64,000 nt of DNA from an uncultured Phycisphaerales bacterium (GTDB lineage: Bacteria > Planctomycetota > Phycisphaerae > Tepidisphaerales > Tepidisphaeraceae), in contig CAVWLP010000003.1 in the NCBI GenBank assembly GCA_963755915.1, forward strand, positions 96,001 to 160,000. The letters run 5' to 3'. A program made the translations under genes and the position numbers. Positions 20,926 to 35,074 of this stretch are shown in pieces. Each line of letters starts with the position of its first letter. Position 1 is the stretch's first letter. The notes beneath the pieces were generated by a model. It saw only the letters and a program-made list of their open reading frames with translations. It was not told the origin of the DNA and ran no database searches.

Positions 20926-23148
20926 ATGGCGCGGAGATCTCAGGCAATATTTCTCATCGTATTGCTCGCGGCCGGCTGCAAATCCACCGCCGTGAATTCA
21001 TCGCTCGACGTCAAAATCGGCGAGGCAACGATCCAAGCCGCGGCAGTCACTCCCACGGCATTTCGTCTCTCCGTTTCTTATGACGGCAAACCGGCGCCCG
21101 CGCATAGTATTTTTCTCGCGCCTGATCCCTCGCCGGTGCAAGCGACAACCGTCCAGGACGGCAAATGGACGGGTGTGAAAAACGCCGCCGGAGAATTGCT
21201 GATCGATCAGGCCGAGGGATTGTGGACGCTGCGCAATTCCAGCGGAAAGGAGATCATTCCTCCGGGCCCCATCAGCCAGATCAACCGTGATGTGACCAGG
21301 GGCAAGCCAACTGTGACATTAGACATCGCCTGCCCATCCGCCAAATCATTCCAGGTATACGGCTGCGGCGATGGCGCAAATTCGCTCCTTCAATCGCAGG
21401 CGCATCCGGAGCTTGGCAATGGGCACGCCGTTGTCCCCTACTACTGGAGCCCCACCGGCTACGCCGCGCTGGCCGTCAGCAATGACGACAACGAGCCGGC
21501 AAGCTGGACGGCCTCGACAGAAAGCAGCCGCGTGGAGTGGGTCTACTCCGGCACGTCCGCGGACCTCTATCTCATGCCCGCGGCGACGATGAAATCCGCC
21601 TGCCATGCCTACGCGGAATTGTCAGGACCGGCGGCCGTGCCTCCGCGGTGGACGTTTGGATATCTCCAGAGCCGCTGGGGGTGGAAGGACCGGGCCTATA
21701 TCGACGATGCGATGCACCAGTTCCTTTCCCGCAAGCTGCCGGTCGACGCGTTCATTTTTGATTTCGAGTGGTTCACCACCACGCCCGACTACGAGATACC
21801 GAAGAAGGGACTGCCGACGTACACCGATTTTTCCTTCAATCCCAAGCTGTTTCCCGATCCGGCAGACCAGATCGCCGAGATGAAGGCCAACGGGATTCAC
21901 TTCGTCGGCATTCGCAAGCCGCGGCTGGGCAACAGCGCGCTTCTGGCCATGGCGGGGGCCAAGGGATGGCTTTTTGCGCAAAACGCTTCAGACCCCGTTG
22001 ACGCCCGCAACCTGGATTTTCCCAACCCTGATGTCCGCGCCTGGTATGCGAGTCAGACCGTCCCCCTGCTTCAGCAGGGCGTCGCCGGCTGGTGGGATGA
22101 CGAAGGAGAAATCCGCTACAACCAGTATTACTGGTGGAATCAGTCCGAAGCCGACGCACTGCACCAGGTGAATCCGGATGCGCGCCTCTGGACCATCGAC
22201 CGCGCCTTCACTCCGGGCGTACAAAGATTCGGAATCGCCGCCTGGACCGGCGACATCCACGCCAACTGGACGGAGCTGGCCAAGACGCCCACGCATCTGC
22301 TGAACTGGAGCCTGGCTGGAATGACCGACTGCGCCTGCGACATCGGCGGGTTTGGCGGCAACACCACGCCCCATCTGCTGACGCGCTGGATAGAGGCCGG
22401 CGTTTTCTTTCCGGTCATGCGGACCCATTCCGAAATCACCGTCAAACCGCATTTCCCCTGGCTCTGGGGCCCCGAAGCGGAGGCCGCGATTCGCAAGGCG
22501 CTGGATTTGCGCTATCAGCTCGTGCCCTATCTCTACAGCTTGGCTCACCTGACGTACGAAACCGGCCTACCGATCATCCGCCCGATGGCGATGGAATTTC
22601 CGGACGATGCGCGCTGCGCAAACCTGTCCGACCAGTGGCTCCTCGGACCGGGCCTCATGGCCGCGCCAATCCTGGAAGACAAGGAGGCCCGGCAGGTCTA
22701 TCTGCCGGACGGGACCTGGTACGCCCTGGGCAGCGGAAAGCCAATCCAAGGCGGACGGGACATCACCGTCTCGGCAAAGCTCGACGAGATCCCCATCTTT
22801 GTCCGAGCCGGCACGATTCTGCCGATGGGTCCGGTTCTTCAGCACACCGACGATTTGCCCGGCGGACCACTGGAGGTTCATATTTATCCCGGTCACGACG
22901 CCGTGTTTACGCTCGTCGAGGATGACGGCGTTTCAACCGCTTATCTTGAGGGCATCCTCCGGCGAACGAATTTCACCTGGGACGACGCCAAACGGACTTT
23001 AAGCTGGATCGTCGATGGGCCGTATCAGGCGAAGGACATTTTTACGGAACTCCGGATTACGGTTCACGACTCCGACGGTGACCACTCAACCACCGCCCCG
23101 ATCGCCACCGGCGGTACGCAAATTATCCAAAGCCAAACCCATTTTTAA
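20926..23148 (+). CDS. GH31 glycoside hydrolase lipoprotein
   Basis: Lipobox AAGC, GYLQSRWGW, WWDDEGE, WTGDI, DIGGF, PVMRTH. Confidence 0.93.
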   Translation: MARRSQAIFLIVLLAAGCKSTAVNSSLDVKIGEATIQAAAVTPTAFRLSVSYDGKPAPAHSIFLAPDPSPVQATTVQDGKWTGVKNAAGELLIDQAEGLWTLRNSSGKEIIPPGPISQINRDVTRGKPTVTLDIACPSAKSFQVYGCGDGANSLLQSQAHPELGNGHAVVPYYWSPTGYAALAVSNDDNEPASWTASTESSRVEWVYSGTSADLYLMPAATMKSACHAYAELSGPAAVPPRWTFGYLQSRWGWKDRAYIDDAMHQFLSRKLPVDAFIFDFEWFTTTPDYEIPKKGLPTYTDFSFNPKLFPDPADQIAEMKANGIHFVGIRKPRLGNSALLAMAGAKGWLFAQNASDPVDARNLDFPNPDVRAWYASQTVPLLQQGVAGWWDDEGEIRYNQYYWWNQSEADALHQVNPDARLWTIDRAFTPGVQRFGIAAWTGDIHANWTELAKTPTHLLNWSLAGMTDCACDIGGFGGNTTPHLLTRWIEAGVFFPVMRTHSEITVKPHFPWLWGPEAEAAIRKALDLRYQLVPYLYSLAHLTYETGLPIIRPMAMEFPDDARCANLSDQWLLGPGLMAAPILEDKEARQVYLPDGTWYALGSGKPIQGGRDITVSAKLDEIPIFVRAGTILPMGPVLQHTDDLPGGPLEVHIYPGHDAVFTLVEDDGVSTAYLEGILRRTNFTWDDAKRTLSWIVDGPYQAKDIFTELRITVHDSDGDHSTTAPIATGGTQIIQSQTHF

Positions 23149-23328
23149 CAAACCACGGCAGGCGATCAGGTTTCTTATATTGGCCACGGCGCGAGCACCG
23201 AGAGGTTAGCCCGGTCTTTCGCCGATTGCCGAAAAAACTGATTGCAAAAAGGCGTTCCCAAAACCCCGAAATGTTGCCTATTATGCAGGGAATCATCAGA
23301 ATAACGGATCACATAGGGCGCAGAGAGA

Positions 23329-23573
23329 CGATGGACACCAAACCGCAGATCGCCAGGCTTCTGATCGAGGCAGATGAAGCGATCGATTCACGAACCAACG
23401 GCCTGATGGATCGCGAGGATTTTCTGGTCCTTATCCAGCAACTTTCAGGGGTCATCCGCGATCTGCTGGTCGAGCGCGAAATCATCCATCCGACGGGTAT
23501 CGATCTTCCGACAAACTATGATTCGGCGCCGACCGACCCGCTGCAAAAATCTTCCATCCCTACGGGGGCATAG
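23329..23573 (+). CDS. Hypothetical protein; start uncertain
   Basis: Short helical ORF filling the gap. Confidence 0.45.
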
Positions 23574-23614
23574 ATCATCTCTGAATTTTCCGCGAGCACG
23601 GCTAGCAGCTCCTC

Positions 23615-24108
23615 TCACTGACCCTTCCTAGAAGCCGCCTCAGCCTTATCCCCAGGCAGGTTCCGCCCGAGCACCTCGAAGAAAGTATTCAGCGTAGCCA
23701 TCCCCCGGCGAAAATCCTCGTTCCAAAAGAAATCCTGCATCAATCTCCAGAGCCCCGGCGGCTCCGGATGTTGGACCATTTTCTGCAGCGTCTCCGGAAT
23801 GATCCGCATAAATGTTTTGAGCGATTCAGGCTCGATCGCGCCCAGCGTGTTGATTACCAGAAGGAGATTACGAATGCCGCGAATCGATGCCGGCGATTGC
23901 GCCGCCGCGACGACGATTTCCAGCACTTTATCCCCCGAGCCCAGCGCCCGCGCATCAGATCCAGTGCGCCCCGATCATGCAGGCCTTGGAGCACTTCATA
24001 TGCCGCCAGCAAAGCTTCCGCATGTTCCGCCGGGGCATTCTGCAACCGGTTCTGAAGCTCAACGCGCGGGTCGGCGGGCGGTGGCTCCAATGCGATGGGT
24101 TGAGCCAT
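23615..24108 (-). CDS. DUF1641 (YjgD-like) FDH-associated protein; frameshift near 23945
   Basis: LQGLHDRGALDL and PPGLWRLM...EDFRRG; directly after fdh. Confidence 0.8.
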
Positions 24109-24113
24109 AAATA

Positions 24114-27071
<2,958 letters not shown>

Positions 27072-27552
27072 GGGTCGACCTCTCGATAGCTTCGACGGAC
27101 AGGCAGGCGCCGGTGACCTGCGGGTGCGGAAAGGCATCTTCCTGCGACTCATCCGTAGCGTCAACACATTCAAAATCCTTCTCGATGAGGATCTTCAGTG
27201 CGCCTCCGTCGCAGCCGACCTGGATACTTTCAATTCCGACCTGGCCCGTCTCAGCCCACTGATGCATCAAAGCGTTCGGTATGCGAACAATGATGCGGCC
27301 ATCCTCGAAACTTGCCGTTACGGCAGGAAGATTCGGGCCGGCACATAACACGTACTTGAGCCGCTGACTTCCGGAGATATTGAAGATTGTTGACTCTTCG
27401 ACGATGCCTTGATCGAGCATTCGCCGCACTTCGGATCGGCCCAGCCGCAAGCGGATTGAGTTACCTTTGATTCTTAGCTTCATGCCTTGCCTCTAATCTC
27501 GTCAGGGCAGATCCGAGCTCATGCATTCTTACAATCCGGTACCCGAAATGCA

Positions 27553-28965
27553 TCAGAAAATGAACTGAAATTGTACCTGTCCAATCACCTCGTTTCCGCG
27601 TTGACTCGCCAGGAGGTCGTCAATGGTGCTGGAGACGGGTGAGCCATTGGGCAGATAGGTGGCGTCCGCGGATAATTTTGCGCGATGGCCGTAGAAGTAA
27701 TAGTTGAATCCAAAGGTCGCGTCGTAGACGGTGTTGTCGGTGCCGGTTGGTAACTCACGGCGGTCGAAATCGATCCATTCGAACCTTACGAACGGCTCCC
27801 AGTGCTCTTGAATGAGATAAGCCGCCATTAGTCGCACTGAGGCGTCGTAGGTATCGAAAGATGGGCCCGATCCGGTGAACCCACCGTCGGTAGTTGGAGG
27901 CCCGCCATTGTCCCTCACATATCGGCCAAGGTAAGCCCCATACAGGGTCAGTCCATTCGGAAGCGTGTATTGGATATCCGCCACGTGGGTGAGGCCGCCA
28001 GTGGCCCCCGCTTCAGTATAGTCGAGACCGCCGCCGAGAACCAACAGTGGCTCCTTGTTGTTGAGCCCCGTGAATTGGTTGTAGTCGATCCAGTCGCCAA
28101 ACAGTTTGTATTCAAAACGCGCGGCCGCGCCCCAATTCGCCGAATTGGTGGGAAACTGTTCGAAGTCGGTGTCGAAGTTTCTCTCGCCACTTGTGAACGC
28201 GACTTCCGTGCGGAACGGATAATTGCCGTCATACCCATAGCTGAGGCTGGCGCCTTTGACGATGTTGTCGCCATTGAGCAGCACGTTGTTCACGATCGAA
28301 CGTCCGGGCGTGAGCGATTTCGTGGCGAACACGATCTGCTCATGATCGACAGGATCGCGGATCTGTCCGGCCTCGAGCGCGAACGGTGTGTTAGGAATGT
28401 GGTACCGCGCCCACGCGTCCTGGAGGCCCAAATCCCCGGTGGTATCGCCGGTGGCCCAGATGAACTGGTAAGTCAGGTTGGGTGAGACGAGGTTGCCATC
28501 GATGATGAATTTCGCCCGCGGCAGCTCGAAACCATTCTCAGTATCGCTGGTCGTGGCCGTTGCATTTTCCCGGTAATTCGTGGCATTGCGGATCTGCACA
28601 AAAACCCAGGGGTGAAACAGGAAATTCCCGTCGTCGCTACGGATGACGAATCCTTTGTTCGGGTCATAGCCGGACGCGAGTCCTTCCATATCCGCAAACT
28701 GGCTGTGCTGCCCGGCATCCTGAACGATTTGATTCATCGTGTCCTGATTGGTGGGCGCTTGGACGACCGCAGCGCTGGGCCGCGTCGTCGACTGCGCCGT
28801 AGCCACCTGTGCACGAAGCTCCTTGACTTCCGAACGTAGAGCACGGACTTCGTCAAGCAGCTCCCGCGACGTTGGATCACCGGCATTTGCCGCCTGCGCC
28901 CATAGTTTGCTCGTCATGAGGCCGCAGATCGCAACGAAACACGTGTATTGGGCAATCGCTTTCAT
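27553..28965 (-). CDS. Outer-membrane porin, OprO/OprP-like
   Basis: Signal peptide, coiled coil, LQDAW, amphipathic strands, terminal QFQFIF. Confidence 0.85.
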   Translation of the reverse strand: MKAIAQYTCFVAICGLMTSKLWAQAANAGDPTSRELLDEVRALRSEVKELRAQVATAQSTTRPSAAVVQAPTNQDTMNQIVQDAGQHSQFADMEGLASGYDPNKGFVIRSDDGNFLFHPWVFVQIRNATNYRENATATTSDTENGFELPRAKFIIDGNLVSPNLTYQFIWATGDTTGDLGLQDAWARYHIPNTPFALEAGQIRDPVDHEQIVFATKSLTPGRSIVNNVLLNGDNIVKGASLSYGYDGNYPFRTEVAFTSGERNFDTDFEQFPTNSANWGAAARFEYKLFGDWIDYNQFTGLNNKEPLLVLGGGLDYTEAGATGGLTHVADIQYTLPNGLTLYGAYLGRYVRDNGGPPTTDGGFTGSGPSFDTYDASVRLMAAYLIQEHWEPFVRFEWIDFDRRELPTGTDNTVYDATFGFNYYFYGHRAKLSADATYLPNGSPVSSTIDDLLASQRGNEVIGQVQFQFIF

Positions 28966-29090
28966 TGGACCGTCTCCTTTATACCAATGAACATTTGATT
29001 ATCGTATAAACAATCAATTCCTTGCGATTTGTATTGAGTCGATATCCGCTTCCCGATCCGCTCGGGCACGCCAGACAACGCTCCGTTCGT

Positions 29091-30320
29091 TCACGGAGGC
29101 ATCATCATTTCTTCGGCCTTCGGTATTGCGTTAAACGTCGCCTTATCGATGTTGAGATGTGCCATGACCAATTCCGGCGGCGTATGGGACAGCCACTCGG
29201 AGAACGAAAGATCCTGGTAATTGGGGGATGCGAACATTTCCAGGAAGACCAGGTCGCTGTCCCCCGTGTTCTCGACGTAATGCAGCAGGCTTTTTTGTAC
29301 GTACCCAACGTCTCCGGCCTGAAAATCGAGGGTGCGAGCCTTGTTACCGGTGTCTATGACCGTCATCCGGCCCTTGCCGGCGATGTAGTATTGCCACTCG
29401 TCGGCGTTCGGGTGCCAGTGCAGTTCGCGCAGCCCGCCCGGGTGAACGGTGACCATCGCCATGGAAATGGCCGTAATCTTGAACTTGCTCGAATCAACGA
29501 TGCGGACATCGCCCCCCTTGGTGCTTTTCGTCGGCGGCATCTCCATCGTGCGAAACGCGAAATCGACCGGCGACTTCCCAAGGTCACCCGCGGCCGCATT
29601 CTGATCGTCATCCAGCGATCCGGGAACATCGGTCTGGAAAATGAAGAGCTCCTGTTTAGGCAGATTCTTCAAGGCATCTTGCGGAACGCCGAAGTTCTTC
29701 GACAGGACTTCGGGGGGCGTATGCGAGAGCGCGTCGCTCAGCAGCAGGGTCTCGGTCTCCGAGAACGCTCCATCATCGAAGACCAGCATGAATTCGGTGC
29801 CGTCGGGTCCCAAACCCTGAATGGAGTGTGGAGTTCCGCTGGGGAAGAACCAGAGATCGTTTTGTTTCACGTCGGCGACAAAACTCTTGCCGTCCTGGTC
29901 GATCGCCGTAATCCGCGCATTGCCGTAGAGGATGATGGCCCATTCGCCAGCCGTGTGCCAATGCAGCTCACGAACCCCGCCGGCCGTAAGCCTCATGTTT
30001 ACGCCTGCCAGGGTTTTAGAAACCGGCAGTTCCCGGATGGTCACTTCCCGAGACCATCCGCCTTCATAAGTCCGCTTGTTCGCAAAAGAAAAAGGATACT
30101 TGAAGTTTTGGACCAAACTCTTGGAATCTGTTGCCGGTGGCCATTCGGAGTCCAAGTTCTGCGCGTCGAGATCAGGATTTTGAGGACCGGGATCGGTCTG
30201 ACTCCTGTCCTCCGCAGCCGCGGCCATCATGGGCAGAAGTGCCGCCCCGGCCAGCGCCGCAGCGGGCGCGACCTGAAGCATTAAGTTTCGCCGCGAAACG
30301 CCAACATTCCTGTCATTCAT
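29091..30320 (-). CDS. oxdC: Oxalate decarboxylase (bicupin) with Tat signal; alternative start 30356
   Basis: SRRNLM; two RELHWH...EW Mn sites; PHSIQG; lid FSETET keeps Glu. Confidence 0.93.
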   Translation of the reverse strand: MNDRNVGVSRRNLMLQVAPAAALAGAALLPMMAAAAEDRSQTDPGPQNPDLDAQNLDSEWPPATDSKSLVQNFKYPFSFANKRTYEGGWSREVTIRELPVSKTLAGVNMRLTAGGVRELHWHTAGEWAIILYGNARITAIDQDGKSFVADVKQNDLWFFPSGTPHSIQGLGPDGTEFMLVFDDGAFSETETLLLSDALSHTPPEVLSKNFGVPQDALKNLPKQELFIFQTDVPGSLDDDQNAAAGDLGKSPVDFAFRTMEMPPTKSTKGGDVRIVDSSKFKITAISMAMVTVHPGGLRELHWHPNADEWQYYIAGKGRMTVIDTGNKARTLDFQAGDVGYVQKSLLHYVENTGDSDLVFLEMFASPNYQDLSFSEWLSHTPPELVMAHLNIDKATFNAIPKAEEMMMPP

Positions 30321-30596
30321 GGTATTGGTCTCCGTTCTGCGGGCCTTGCTTACCAAGTCCCATACCGAGTTTTAACTGCGCGATTCAAACTGGGTCACGC
30401 CATCGATATTCGCCCAACTTTCTGTTTGCGGTTTTGATGCCGACTCCTACCGCCATATCCCCGAGAGCTATGAGCGGAAGCCATGGACATTTCCGATGGG
30501 GAAAGGATTCGTGGCTGCAAACGCCCCTGGCTCATCCGACGAACGAGCAACTTTTCCACGAGAAGCTCAGCACGACATGGAAGTTCTGCGAATCGG

Positions 30597-31496
30597 TTAT
30601 GTCGTTACTTTTTGACCAACCCGAACATTGCCCTCTATTTCGAGGGCTTTGATCATCGCTGATGCATTTTCCTCACCCCATCCCTGGTTCACAGCCGATT
30701 TGATCGTCTCGCGAATCACCGCCCCCGCCGGAATAGGCGAATTCAAATCCTGCGCAAAGCGGTCGATCAGGTTAGCATCCTTCAACAGGTGCTTGAGCGC
30801 GAAAAAGGTGCTGAAATCCCGCTTAATCAGTGCCGCCCCCACCCCGGACAAAATCGGCGATCTGAAATCCGTCACCTTCAGCACCCCCAGCACGTCCTGG
30901 GCATCGAGCCCCGCCTTGGTCGCCAGCACCATTGCCTCCCCCAACGCCTCCAATTGCGCCGCGACAATAAGATTCCCCACCAGCTTCATCGCGGACCCCT
31001 TGCCGCAGTCCCCCATAAAGTGCACAGTCACCCCCATCGCCTCCAGGATCGGACGAACTCGCTCAAAGACCGCGCGCTTCCCCCCCGCCAGAACCCACAG
31101 CCCCCCATTGGCCGCTTCATTCTTGCTCCCAAATACGGGGCAATCCAAAAATTCCACTTTCTTCTTCGCATATGCCTTCCCCTCTTTCCGGCTCGTCTCG
31201 GGATGCACGGTTGAGATGTCGACCGCAATCTGCCCCGCACTAACCGATGCTAAAACCCCGCCCGCCCCAAACACAACCTCTTCGACCGCCTGATCGTCGC
31301 TCAGGCAATACATCACTACTTCCGCCCCTTTCACAGCGCTCGCAATATTCGCCGCCGCCTTGGCCCCTTGTTTCACCAGCGGCTTCCCCTGTTCGTGGCG
31401 CCGGCTCCAAACCGTCACCTCATACCCAGCTTTGAGAAGAGTTCCCGCGATTCCCCCACCCATCACACCCAAACCGATGAATCCAATTCGTTTCAT
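30597..31496 (-). CDS. NAD(P)-dependent beta-hydroxyacid dehydrogenase (HIBADH/TSAR/glyoxylate reductase family)
   Basis: [28 protein letters not shown]. Confidence 0.92.
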   Translation of the reverse strand: MKRIGFIGLGVMGGGIAGTLLKAGYEVTVWSRRHEQGKPLVKQGAKAAANIASAVKGAEVVMYCLSDDQAVEEVVFGAGGVLASVSAGQIAVDISTVHPETSRKEGKAYAKKKVEFLDCPVFGSKNEAANGGLWVLAGGKRAVFERVRPILEAMGVTVHFMGDCGKGSAMKLVGNLIVAAQLEALGEAMVLATKAGLDAQDVLGVLKVTDFRSPILSGVGAALIKRDFSTFFALKHLLKDANLIDRFAQDLNSPIPAGAVIRETIKSAVNQGWGEENASAMIKALEIEGNVRVGQKVTT

Positions 31497-31709
31497 GTCA
31501 GCTCACTCCCGTAGTGAGGCCAATTCTTGCATAGCGCCTTTATCTTAGCCACACCGGAACGCACATGAATCCATTTCCAAAAAAATGGTGTGCCTCAGCT
31601 TGTCCCCTCTTTTTCACGGGTCTTCTCGAAAATACTTTTGCCTTTCCGTCCGGCAATTGCCTACGCTTCCCCACAGGATATCGTTCGCGCACTCAACCGG
31701 GAGGACGCA

Positions 31710-32609
31710 ATGAAAATCGGCTTTATCGGTTTAGGCATCATGGGCAGCCGCATGGCCGCCAACCTGCAAAAACAGGGTCACAATCTTTTCGTCTTCAACC
31801 GAACCCGCGCCAGCGCCGGCTCCCTCTTGGCCGCCGGCGCCAAATGGGCCGACTCCCCCGCCGTCCTCGCTCCCCAGGTCGAAATCCTTTTCACAATGCT
31901 CGCCCATCCCGACGCCGTCGAAAAAGCCGCCCTCGGCAAAGACGGATTTCTCCCCGCCATGGAACGAGGCCGAACCTGGGTCGACTCCAGCACCGTCAAC
32001 CCCTCCTTCTCAAAACAAATGGCCGCGGAAGCAACCTCTCGCGGCATCCGTTTCCTAGGCGCTCCCGTCACCGGCTCCAAAGCCGCCGCCGCGGACGCCA
32101 AACTAATCTTCTGGGTTGGCGGCGACCCCGCCGACCTCGAAAAATGTCGCCCCCTGCTCCAATCCATGGGCAGCAAAATCGTCCCCTGCGGCGGCCCCAC
32201 CATGGGAACCTCTCTTAAAATGGTGATGAACCAGCTCCTCGGAACCCAACTCGCCGCCTTCGCCGAAGGATTAATCCTCGGCCAATCACTGGGCCTTTCC
32301 CGCGAAGTTCTCTTCGAAGCCCTCTTCAACGGCCCCGCCGCCGCTCCCTTCGTCGCCATCAAACGCCAACGCATCGAATCCGAAAACTTTGCCCAGGCTG
32401 ATTTCGCACTACGCTGGCTCCAAAAGGATTTGCACCTGGCCACCGAGAGCGCCTACGAAGTCGGCGTGGCGATGCCACTGACGAACGTCGCCAAGGAGCT
32501 TTACCGCCTGGCAATTCGGGAAGGCCTCGGCGACCAGGACATCTCCGCCATTTATGGCTACCTGGCGAGGAATCGCGACGGTTCCTCTTCGACGGGAAAC
32601 AGAATGTAA
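31710..32609 (+). CDS. Second, divergently transcribed beta-hydroxyacid dehydrogenase
   Basis: GFIGLGIMG, APVTGS, LKMVMN, KDLHL; GGAGG RBS. Confidence 0.92.
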   Translation: MKIGFIGLGIMGSRMAANLQKQGHNLFVFNRTRASAGSLLAAGAKWADSPAVLAPQVEILFTMLAHPDAVEKAALGKDGFLPAMERGRTWVDSSTVNPSFSKQMAAEATSRGIRFLGAPVTGSKAAAADAKLIFWVGGDPADLEKCRPLLQSMGSKIVPCGGPTMGTSLKMVMNQLLGTQLAAFAEGLILGQSLGLSREVLFEALFNGPAAAPFVAIKRQRIESENFAQADFALRWLQKDLHLATESAYEVGVAMPLTNVAKELYRLAIREGLGDQDISAIYGYLARNRDGSSSTGNRM

Positions 32610-32772
32610 CTTGTTTCATTCACGCATAGTGCTCTTAACCTCGCAATTCTGCGGGCGAATTCCATTTTCTGTTTGCGAAAGAGAAAAGATTTGATACCAT
32701 CTGTTTCAGGCTGTTACATATCACTTCCGCAAATCTGAATCGCGTTTTCGGCATCTGGCGCTGGAGGAAATT

Positions 32773-33726
32773 ATGGCGAAGTCCAGGTCGGGCGAGAAAC
32801 ATCCGATCGCCGCCCATGCAGTCCTGTTGCCCCCGGCGTTCACCCTGGTCGAGTTGCTCGTCGTCATTGGAATAATTGCCATTCTTCTCGGCATCCTTCT
32901 ACCCGCTCTCGGCAAAGCGAGAGCTCAAGCGAATCTCGTTGCCTGTCAATCTCACTTACGCTCCATCGGCCAGGCAATTCAGTTGTACATCGATGACAAC
33001 CAGGGAACGCTCCCCTATGGCCACTGGAGCGGCCTTTCCCGGGGCCAGGGAGGTTATGGCCCCCTTCAGGGAGATTGGAGCACCCTCCTGGTTAATGAGC
33101 TCAATTCCCACTATGGCACCAGCTATCAACAACAGGCCGTCTACAACGGTGGTATGGATGTCTTCAACCGCGGAATCTTCCGCGATGTCGATACCGTGGA
33201 CGGAGACGCCCCCCTTCACTATTCCTGCCATCCCCGGCTCATGCCCGATATCAGCTCCAAAAATCCCGCCGACAACCTCTACGATCTCTATCCCTACAAA
33301 TTCGGCCGAATCAAACGCTCCACCGAAATGGTCATCGTCATGGATGGAAGCCAGTGGCAAACCTCCGTTGCGGGCGACAACAACTGGTGGGGCGTTCAGT
33401 ATACTGCCTGGGCCTTGGACAATTGGCGATGGGGTGAATTCGCAAACAACTACAGCTCGGCGCCCCTTGACTACCTACAGTCAGCCAGTCCCAACGCGGA
33501 CAACGGCTCGCAGGTCAACATTGGTCCGAATCAGGACACCGCCAATAACATCGGATATCTCTGGTGGAACTGCACGAACGGTCAGGTCCGCTTCCGTCAT
33601 GTGAACAACACCGCCGGCAATTTCCTTTTTTGTGACGGCCACGTGGAGGCGTTCCACGTCGGCAAACAAACTTCGCCCGGATATTTTAGTTGTGATCTTC
33701 TTGGCAAGAACGTGAATGTGGATTAG
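32773..33726 (+). CDS. DUF1559 prepilin-type protein
   Basis: [26 protein letters not shown]-terminal RFRH...[10 protein letters not shown]. Confidence 0.93.
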   Translation: MAKSRSGEKHPIAAHAVLLPPAFTLVELLVVIGIIAILLGILLPALGKARAQANLVACQSHLRSIGQAIQLYIDDNQGTLPYGHWSGLSRGQGGYGPLQGDWSTLLVNELNSHYGTSYQQQAVYNGGMDVFNRGIFRDVDTVDGDAPLHYSCHPRLMPDISSKNPADNLYDLYPYKFGRIKRSTEMVIVMDGSQWQTSVAGDNNWWGVQYTAWALDNWRWGEFANNYSSAPLDYLQSASPNADNGSQVNIGPNQDTANNIGYLWWNCTNGQVRFRHVNNTAGNFLFCDGHVEAFHVGKQTSPGYFSCDLLGKNVNVD

Positions 33727-33746
33727 TAAGGATTCAGGAGGAATAA

Positions 33747-34835
33747 GTGGCCACAATTCGCAAAGTCGCCAGCGACGCAGACGTTTCAATCGCAACCGTT
33801 TCGCGGGTTCTAAACAGCAGCGGCGCGGTCAGCCATGATATACGTCAGCGCGTCCTGCACGCGGCCAATCGTCTGGGCTATGGTATTCCGCGCCGCACGG
33901 CGGGCAGTTTCGTCGCCCTCGCCTACACCGGCCGCAGTTCACTGACGTCCCCTTACGATACGGCACTGCTCGACGGCATGTCGGAGGCCGCCAGCGAATC
34001 CCCTTCTGTCGACCTTGCCATCGTTCGCCTGCAAATCGACCGCCAGACCGGCGAATCCTACGCCCAAATGCTCCGCCGCAAGGGAATCAAAGCTGCCGTG
34101 CTCCGTACGAACGCTGAAACCAGATCCATCTGCGCCGAGCTGACGAAAGACGCGTTTCGGTGCCTCGTAGTCGGCGACCGTTTTTCCGATCAGGCCGTCA
34201 GCTTTATCTGCTCCGATTCTCGTCCCACCAGTTATCAGGCCGTCGAGCATCTGATTTCTCTAGGCCATCGACGCATTGCCATTGCTGTCAGCCACATTCC
34301 CGACAGCGATCACATCGATCGTCTCGCCAGCTACCAGCAGGCCATGCGAGATCACGATCTGGAAATCGATCCAAAGCTCGTCTTGCACGTCTGGGCCATG
34401 CGCCCCAACGGCGCCCAGGTCTTGCGCTCAATCATGAGCACGGCCGCTCGCCCTACCGCCATCTTTGTCGCGGATCCGCTTGTGGCCGTGGGCCTGATTA
34501 ACCAGGCCCATGTCATGGGCGTGCGAATTCCCGAAGATATTTCCGTGATTGGCTTCGACGACGCCGACGCTCGCCACAATGTCTTTCCCGAGATGTCCGC
34601 GGTCTGCCAGGACGCACGACAGATGGGCTACGAAGCGATGACCGCCCTGACACAGATGATTCTCGACGATCGCAGCCAGCAGGTCCAAAAAATGATGCCA
34701 ACCTGGCTCGAATTGCACGGCACCACCGCCCAGCCCCCTTCCGATCCCGTCCGCATTCTCCCCGGCGGAACCCGCATCTCCGCCGCCGGCTCGCTCGTCG
34801 CACACACCGCGCCAAGTGAATCATCCGCGGATTAA
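33747..34835 (+). CDS. LacI family regulator
   Basis: TIRKVASDADVSIATVSRVLN, LGHRRIA, PEDISVIGFDD. Confidence 0.95.
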   Translation: MATIRKVASDADVSIATVSRVLNSSGAVSHDIRQRVLHAANRLGYGIPRRTAGSFVALAYTGRSSLTSPYDTALLDGMSEAASESPSVDLAIVRLQIDRQTGESYAQMLRRKGIKAAVLRTNAETRSICAELTKDAFRCLVVGDRFSDQAVSFICSDSRPTSYQAVEHLISLGHRRIAIAVSHIPDSDHIDRLASYQQAMRDHDLEIDPKLVLHVWAMRPNGAQVLRSIMSTAARPTAIFVADPLVAVGLINQAHVMGVRIPEDISVIGFDDADARHNVFPEMSAVCQDARQMGYEAMTALTQMILDDRSQQVQKMMPTWLELHGTTAQPPSDPVRILPGGTRISAAGSLVAHTAPSESSAD

Positions 34836-34932
34836 AGCTGGAGGACCGCGGTGAAGCCGAAGCGGGGGCCAAGCGGGAGCTTCAGCCTTCCGATTGGGTG
34901 CTTCAGTGCTGCTCCGTCGTCCATGTCAAAGG

Positions 34933-35060
34933 CGGGACGGCCTCGTCAACAGAACCGATTTCGAGGACCTCGCCGCCAACGTCGATAAAATCGCCGGTGG
35001 CGGCACGCACCCCATCCAGTGGGATATATTGAATCCAACAGTAGCGACTGCGCTGGAGTT
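34933..35060 (+). pseudogene. Degraded fragment of a dockerin-like/PEP-CTERM C-terminus
   Basis: DGLVNRTDFEDLAAN resembles DGTVNGSDFSILAAN of the 43869 protein. Confidence 0.45.
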
Positions 35061-35074
35061 GACTTCATCATGCT

